64,000 bases of DNA from an uncultured Polaribacter sp. (lineage in GTDB: Bacteria > Bacteroidota > Bacteroidia > Flavobacteriales > Flavobacteriaceae): assembly GCA_913020555.1 (NCBI GenBank), contig CAJWAC010000002.1:20460-84459 (forward strand). Direction: 5' to 3'. Numbering within the stretch: position 1 is the stretch's first letter; each line of letters starts with the position of its first letter. The notes beneath the pieces were generated by a model. The model was not told where the DNA came from. It made no database searches and was given only the letters and a program-made list of their open reading frames with translations. Shown here piece by piece: positions 60,291 to 64,000 of this stretch. A program made the position numbers and the translations under genes.

Positions 60291-62762
60291 ATGAGAATAC
60301 TTTACTTTTCATTATTTTTTATTTTAGTTAGCAATGCTTTTGCACAAACTCCATTATATATTGATGATTTTGACAATGGAATAATCAGTATAGATAATTC
60401 TTCTGCTTTTGATTTTTCAGTTGTAGAAAATAATTTAGAAATTCAAGGAAATGGATCTGGAGGACAATGGACTGCCATTTCATATAAAATGCATTCCAAT
60501 GGAACTGACGCTACCATAAATGTTTCTTCAAGTCCTAAATTATATTTAAAAGCAAAAGCAAATCCTGGTTTAGAGTTTAGAATAGATTTACAAGATGCAA
60601 CTGGCTATGTAACTAACTTAAATGCTACTTCTGTAAATTTAACAGGTAATTATACCATTTACGAATTTGATTTTTCGGGTAAGTTTTCTGACGGTGGTTA
60701 CGGAGGTCCTTGCACAAACGGACCCTGTACCGTAGATGAAACAAAAATTACACATTTATCAATTTTTGCCAAACCAGGAACTGGTGGTTACAACGGAACT
60801 ATTACTATAGACTGGATATCATTAGGTTATCAATACGATAACGGAACGCCAACACCGGATCACACAATAAGATACAATCAAGTTGGATATTTTACGAATA
60901 GAAACAAAATTATTAGTGTCAATTCTCCAAATAATTTTAATGGTTTAAGTTATACCATCAAAAATTCAAGCGATGTAATTGTTAAATCTGGAACAACAGG
61001 AACAACTAATTTTTGGTATGACGCTCAAGAATATGTTTCTAATATTGATTTTTCAGAAATAAACACCGCTGGCGACTATACAATTGATATTGATGGAGTA
61101 ACAGAATCATTTACAATAGGAGAAAATGTATATGAGGATTTAGCAGATGCAGTTTTTAAATACTACTATTATAATAGAGCAAGTACTCCAATAACTTCCG
61201 CTTACGGAGGTCAATGGTCGAGACCAACAGGAATTCCAGACACACAGATTAAAATACATTCTTCTGCTGCAACTGCTGCAAGACCTGAAAATTCAGTAAT
61301 ATCGGCACCAAAAGGATGGTATGATGCAGGAGATTACAACAAATACATCGTGAATAGTGGTATTTCCACGTATACTTTATTAGCAGCTTACGAACATTTT
61401 AATACATATTACGAAACAAAGAATTTTAATATTCCCGAATCAAATAATAATTTACCCGATATTTTAGACGAGGTGTTATGGAATTTAGACTGGATGTTAT
61501 CTATGCAAGATCCTAATGATGGTGGTGTTTACCATAAATTAACTGGATTAAATTTTAGTGGTATAGTAATGCCAAATGAATATAATTTACAAAGATATGT
61601 TGTTAAAAAAAGTACAGCAGCAGCTTTAAATTTTGCAGCAGTTACTGCCACAGCAGCTAGAATTTTTGAAGATTTCGAAAGTGAAATACCAGGTTATAGT
61701 GCAAAATTAATACAAGCATCAAAATACGCTTATGCTTGGGCCAAGGCAAATCCCAATAATTTCTTTAATAACCCAAATGGAGTTTCAACAGGAGAATACG
61801 GAGATTCAAATTTAACAGATGAATTTCAATGGGCAGCTGTTGAGCTTTTTATAACAACTAAAGAAAACACTTATAAAAATGATGTAAGAATTTATACCAT
61901 TGCAAATAATGCACCGAGTTGGCAAGGTGTTGCCAGTTTAGCACTTTTTTCATTAAATCATCATTCTTCATCAATCTCTTCAGATTTAGATATTAATCAG
62001 GCAGAAACTAAATTACTTTCTCAAGCAGATAATATAGAAGCACTGGTAAATAGTTCTCCTATGAGAATAAGTATGGCAGCAAATGATTACGTTTGGGGTA
62101 GCAATGGTATGGCTGCCAATCAAGTATTTTATTTAATCAGAGCATATGAGTTAACCACAGAAACTAAATATCTAGATGCTGCATACACTGCTATGGATTA
62201 TCTACTTGGTAGAAATGGAACAGGATATTCTTACGTTACTGGTTTTGGAAATGTAACACCGACAAAACCACATCACAGAATTTCGGAAGCAGATAATGTT
62301 TCAGAAGCAGTCCCTGGTATGTTGGTTGGTGGGCCGCATCCAGGTCAACAAGACAACTGCTCGTACCCTAGCAATGCAGCTGCAAAATCATTTTCAGACA
62401 CTTGGTGTTCTTACGCATCCAATGAAGTAACGATAAATTGGAATGCCCCAATGTTGTATGCTATTAACGCATTGCAAAATTATCAAAATCAAGAAACTGC
62501 TTTATCAAATGAAGATTTAATTAAAAATGATAATGATGTAAGCATATATCCAAATCCTGTTAGTAGTAATTTATATTTTAACTCTAATTCTCACGATTTA
62601 AGAAATATAGAGGTTTACTCTATTCAAGGAAAAAAAGTTTTTGCTTCTAATGGAACATTAATTAAAAATAATATTGATTTCTCTAGCTTTAAACCAGGTA
62701 TCTATTTTTTGAAATTAAATACAGACAAGGGTTCAATCACAAAAAAAATAATAAAAAAGTAG
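60291..62762 (+). CDS. Glycoside hydrolase family 9 with N-terminal CBM-like and Ig-like domains and T9SS C-terminal domain
   Basis: GWYDAGDYNKY, YLLGRN...SYVTGFG, PHHR, LVGGP and NEVTINWNA motifs; CTD IYPNP...GIYFL...KKIIKK. Confidence 0.92.
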   Translation: MRILYFSLFFILVSNAFAQTPLYIDDFDNGIISIDNSSAFDFSVVENNLEIQGNGSGGQWTAISYKMHSNGTDATINVSSSPKLYLKAKANPGLEFRIDLQDATGYVTNLNATSVNLTGNYTIYEFDFSGKFSDGGYGGPCTNGPCTVDETKITHLSIFAKPGTGGYNGTITIDWISLGYQYDNGTPTPDHTIRYNQVGYFTNRNKIISVNSPNNFNGLSYTIKNSSDVIVKSGTTGTTNFWYDAQEYVSNIDFSEINTAGDYTIDIDGVTESFTIGENVYEDLADAVFKYYYYNRASTPITSAYGGQWSRPTGIPDTQIKIHSSAATAARPENSVISAPKGWYDAGDYNKYIVNSGISTYTLLAAYEHFNTYYETKNFNIPESNNNLPDILDEVLWNLDWMLSMQDPNDGGVYHKLTGLNFSGIVMPNEYNLQRYVVKKSTAAALNFAAVTATAARIFEDFESEIPGYSAKLIQASKYAYAWAKANPNNFFNNPNGVSTGEYGDSNLTDEFQWAAVELFITTKENTYKNDVRIYTIANNAPSWQGVASLALFSLNHHSSSISSDLDINQAETKLLSQADNIEALVNSSPMRISMAANDYVWGSNGMAANQVFYLIRAYELTTETKYLDAAYTAMDYLLGRNGTGYSYVTGFGNVTPTKPHHRISEADNVSEAVPGMLVGGPHPGQQDNCSYPSNAAAKSFSDTWCSYASNEVTINWNAPMLYAINALQNYQNQETALSNEDLIKNDNDVSIYPNPVSSNLYFNSNSHDLRNIEVYSIQGKKVFASNGTLIKNNIDFSSFKPGIYFLKLNTDKGSITKKIIKK

Positions 62763-62881
62763 CATATTTTACATAATATTTATTTTTAATAATTTAATCA
62801 TGCTTTAAATATCGGATACGTAAAAAAAACAATTTAAAATTATACTTTATTTAAAACTGAGTCTTAATTGAATAAAAAGTA

Positions 62882-62911
62882 TTGCCAACAATGTAAATTA
62901 ATATATATTTG
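62882..62911 (+). promoter_or_regulatory. Promoter of the leader-gatC-gatA transcript
   Basis: TTG (62882-62884), 19 nt spacer, TATATTTG (62904-62911); matches the Bacteroidota -33/-7 consensus. Confidence 0.75.
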
Positions 62912-62928
62912 ACAACAATAAAGTATTG

Positions 62929-62976
62929 ATGACAAACAATAATAACAATCGTAATTTCAATAATCCTAATATGTAG
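62929..62976 (+). CDS. Asn-rich leader peptide MTNNNNNRNFNNPNM
   Basis: ATG ACA AAC AAT AAT AAC AAT CGT AAT TTC AAT AAT CCT AAT ATG TAG; 9 of 15 codons are Asn. Confidence 0.85.
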   Translation: MTNNNNNRNFNNPNM

Positions 62977-63004
62977 GACGGAAGGTTGTTGTTTAAAAAT
63001 ATAT

Positions 63005-63035
63005 AAAAGCCTTCCAAATTTGGAAGGCTTTTTTT
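63005..63035 (+). terminator. Attenuator terminator upstream of gatC
   Basis: AAAAGCCTTCCA-AATT-TGGAAGGC followed by T7, ending 13 nt before the gatC ATG. Confidence 0.9.
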
Positions 63036-63048
63036 AATTTATACGAAA

Positions 63049-63315
63049 ATGAGTAAAATAATGACAGTTGACGTTTTGTCAAGTATTAAAGGAGCGCAAG
63101 AATCAGAATCTGTAAATAAATTATTTCAGGTAATTAAAAATGCAAATATATCCAACACAAATAATTTTAGTGATTCCAGTAAAAGTGTTTCTTTAAACCA
63201 TTTACGAGATGATATTGTTATCAATAGCTCAGAAAGAGAGAGAGAAATTATCATTGAAAACTTTCCAAAAGAAAAGAATGGTTATTTAGTAGTTGCTAAA
63301 GTGATAGAAGAATAA
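63049..63315 (+). CDS. gatC: Divergent GatC-like subunit of Asp-tRNA(Asn)/Glu-tRNA(Gln) amidotransferase
   Basis: C-terminal LRDD...NFP...GYLVVAKVIE resembles the GatC tail; 2 nt upstream of gatA. Confidence 0.75.
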   Translation: MSKIMTVDVLSSIKGAQESESVNKLFQVIKNANISNTNNFSDSSKSVSLNHLRDDIVINSSEREREIIIENFPKEKNGYLVVAKVIEE

Positions 63316-63317
63316 AT

Positions 63318-64000
63318 ATGGAATCACAAATACATAAAATTCATCAACAATTGATGAACAAAGAAATTTCATGTACCAATTTAGTCCAAGAGAAATTAGA
63401 GCTACTAAAGCAAAATACTCACAATACAGTCAATTCACTTTTAGAAGATTTAGCTTTAGATTTAGCTACTAAAATTGATGCTAAGATTGAAAAAGGCCAA
63501 GAAATTGGGTTGTTGGAAGGGATTCCTTTTGGAATCAAGGATGTTTATATGGTTCAGGGAACCTTAACCACAGCCAGTTCTAATTTATTAAAAAATTACA
63601 AATCTTCTTATACAGCTAGCGCCATCCAAAAATTATTAGATGCCGGAGCTATTCCTTTAGTGAAAGAAAATTGCGATAGTTTTGGGCATGGTTCTTCATC
63701 AGAAAACACCATTTTTGGAGCAGTAAAAAATGCAATAAATCCTGATTTAGTAGGTGGAGGTTCAAGTGGAGGTTCTGCAGTAAATGTAGCCAAAGAATAC
63801 ACTGTTTTTTCAATTGGTGGGGATACTGGCGGCTCTATTCGTCAACCTGCTGGCTATAATAAAATTTATGGTCTAAAACCCACTTACGGAAGAGTTTCTC
63901 GTTTTGGATTGATGGCTTATGCTTCATCAACAGACTGTGTAGGACCAATTGCAAAATCTATAGAAGATATTAGAATTGTTCTAAATGTAATAAGCGGTAA
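63318..64000 (+). CDS. gatA: Amidotransferase subunit A (amidase signature), truncated by window edge
   Basis: Manual translation from ATG 63318: LEGIPFGIKD, GGSSGGSA, DTGGSIRQPA, GLKPTYGRVSRFGLMAYASS. Open to the window end; not in the ORF track. Confidence 0.9.
   Translation, partial: MESQIHKIHQQLMNKEISCTNLVQEKLELLKQNTHNTVNSLLEDLALDLATKIDAKIEKGQEIGLLEGIPFGIKDVYMVQGTLTTASSNLLKNYKSSYTASAIQKLLDAGAIPLVKENCDSFGHGSSSENTIFGAVKNAINPDLVGGGSSGGSAVNVAKEYTVFSIGGDTGGSIRQPAGYNKIYGLKPTYGRVSRFGLMAYASSTDCVGPIAKSIEDIRIVLNVISG

Noticed and set aside
62912-63035. T-box riboswitch, or a chance AAT-rich microsatellite, upstream of gatC
   Set aside because: Too short for a T-box and no TGGNACC motif. Mixed AAC/AAT codons in frame between ATG and TAG, plus alternative pairings and a matching downstream function, argue against chance.
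63608-63802. Minus-strand 64-aa track ORF
   Set aside because: Antisense shadow of gatA.

Overview
AT-rich chromosomal window from a Bacteroidota organism, most likely a marine Flavobacteriaceae. The basis is TAnnTTTG promoter boxes, T9SS C-terminal domains, a GLPGLI protein and the gene content. Left to right it holds: the start of the dcw cluster (mraZ-rsmH-ftsL-ftsI-murE-mraY') with MraZ boxes; housekeeping and metabolic genes (alpha/beta hydrolase, engB, RluA, alkB-like, nitroreductase, adenine deaminase, a kinase-M23-class III aminotransferase fusion); a ~23 kb run (15.2-38.2 kb) of co-oriented, mostly exported envelope proteins of unclear function; a small glycosylation cluster; ftsE, a TPR protein and a beta-barrel; an amidohydrolase; a tricorn-like S41 protease; a full trpEGDCFBA operon with a Trp-rich leader attenuator; a T9SS-secreted GH9; and the start of a gatC-gatA operon. 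The best candidate for an undescribed system is an Asn-rich leader peptide (MTNNNNNRNFNNPNM) with promoter, antiterminator and terminator upstream of gatC/gatA. It looks like a ribosome-mediated attenuator sensing Asn-tRNA(Asn). Other oddities: three genes that seem to need non-canonical start codons, a 22-bp tandem array between convergent genes, a small membrane ORF and a REP-like palindrome inside the trp operon, a decayed porin, and a candidate sRNA. I saw no rRNA, tRNA, CRISPR array, transposase or integrase. All calls come from reading motifs by eye; no searches were run.
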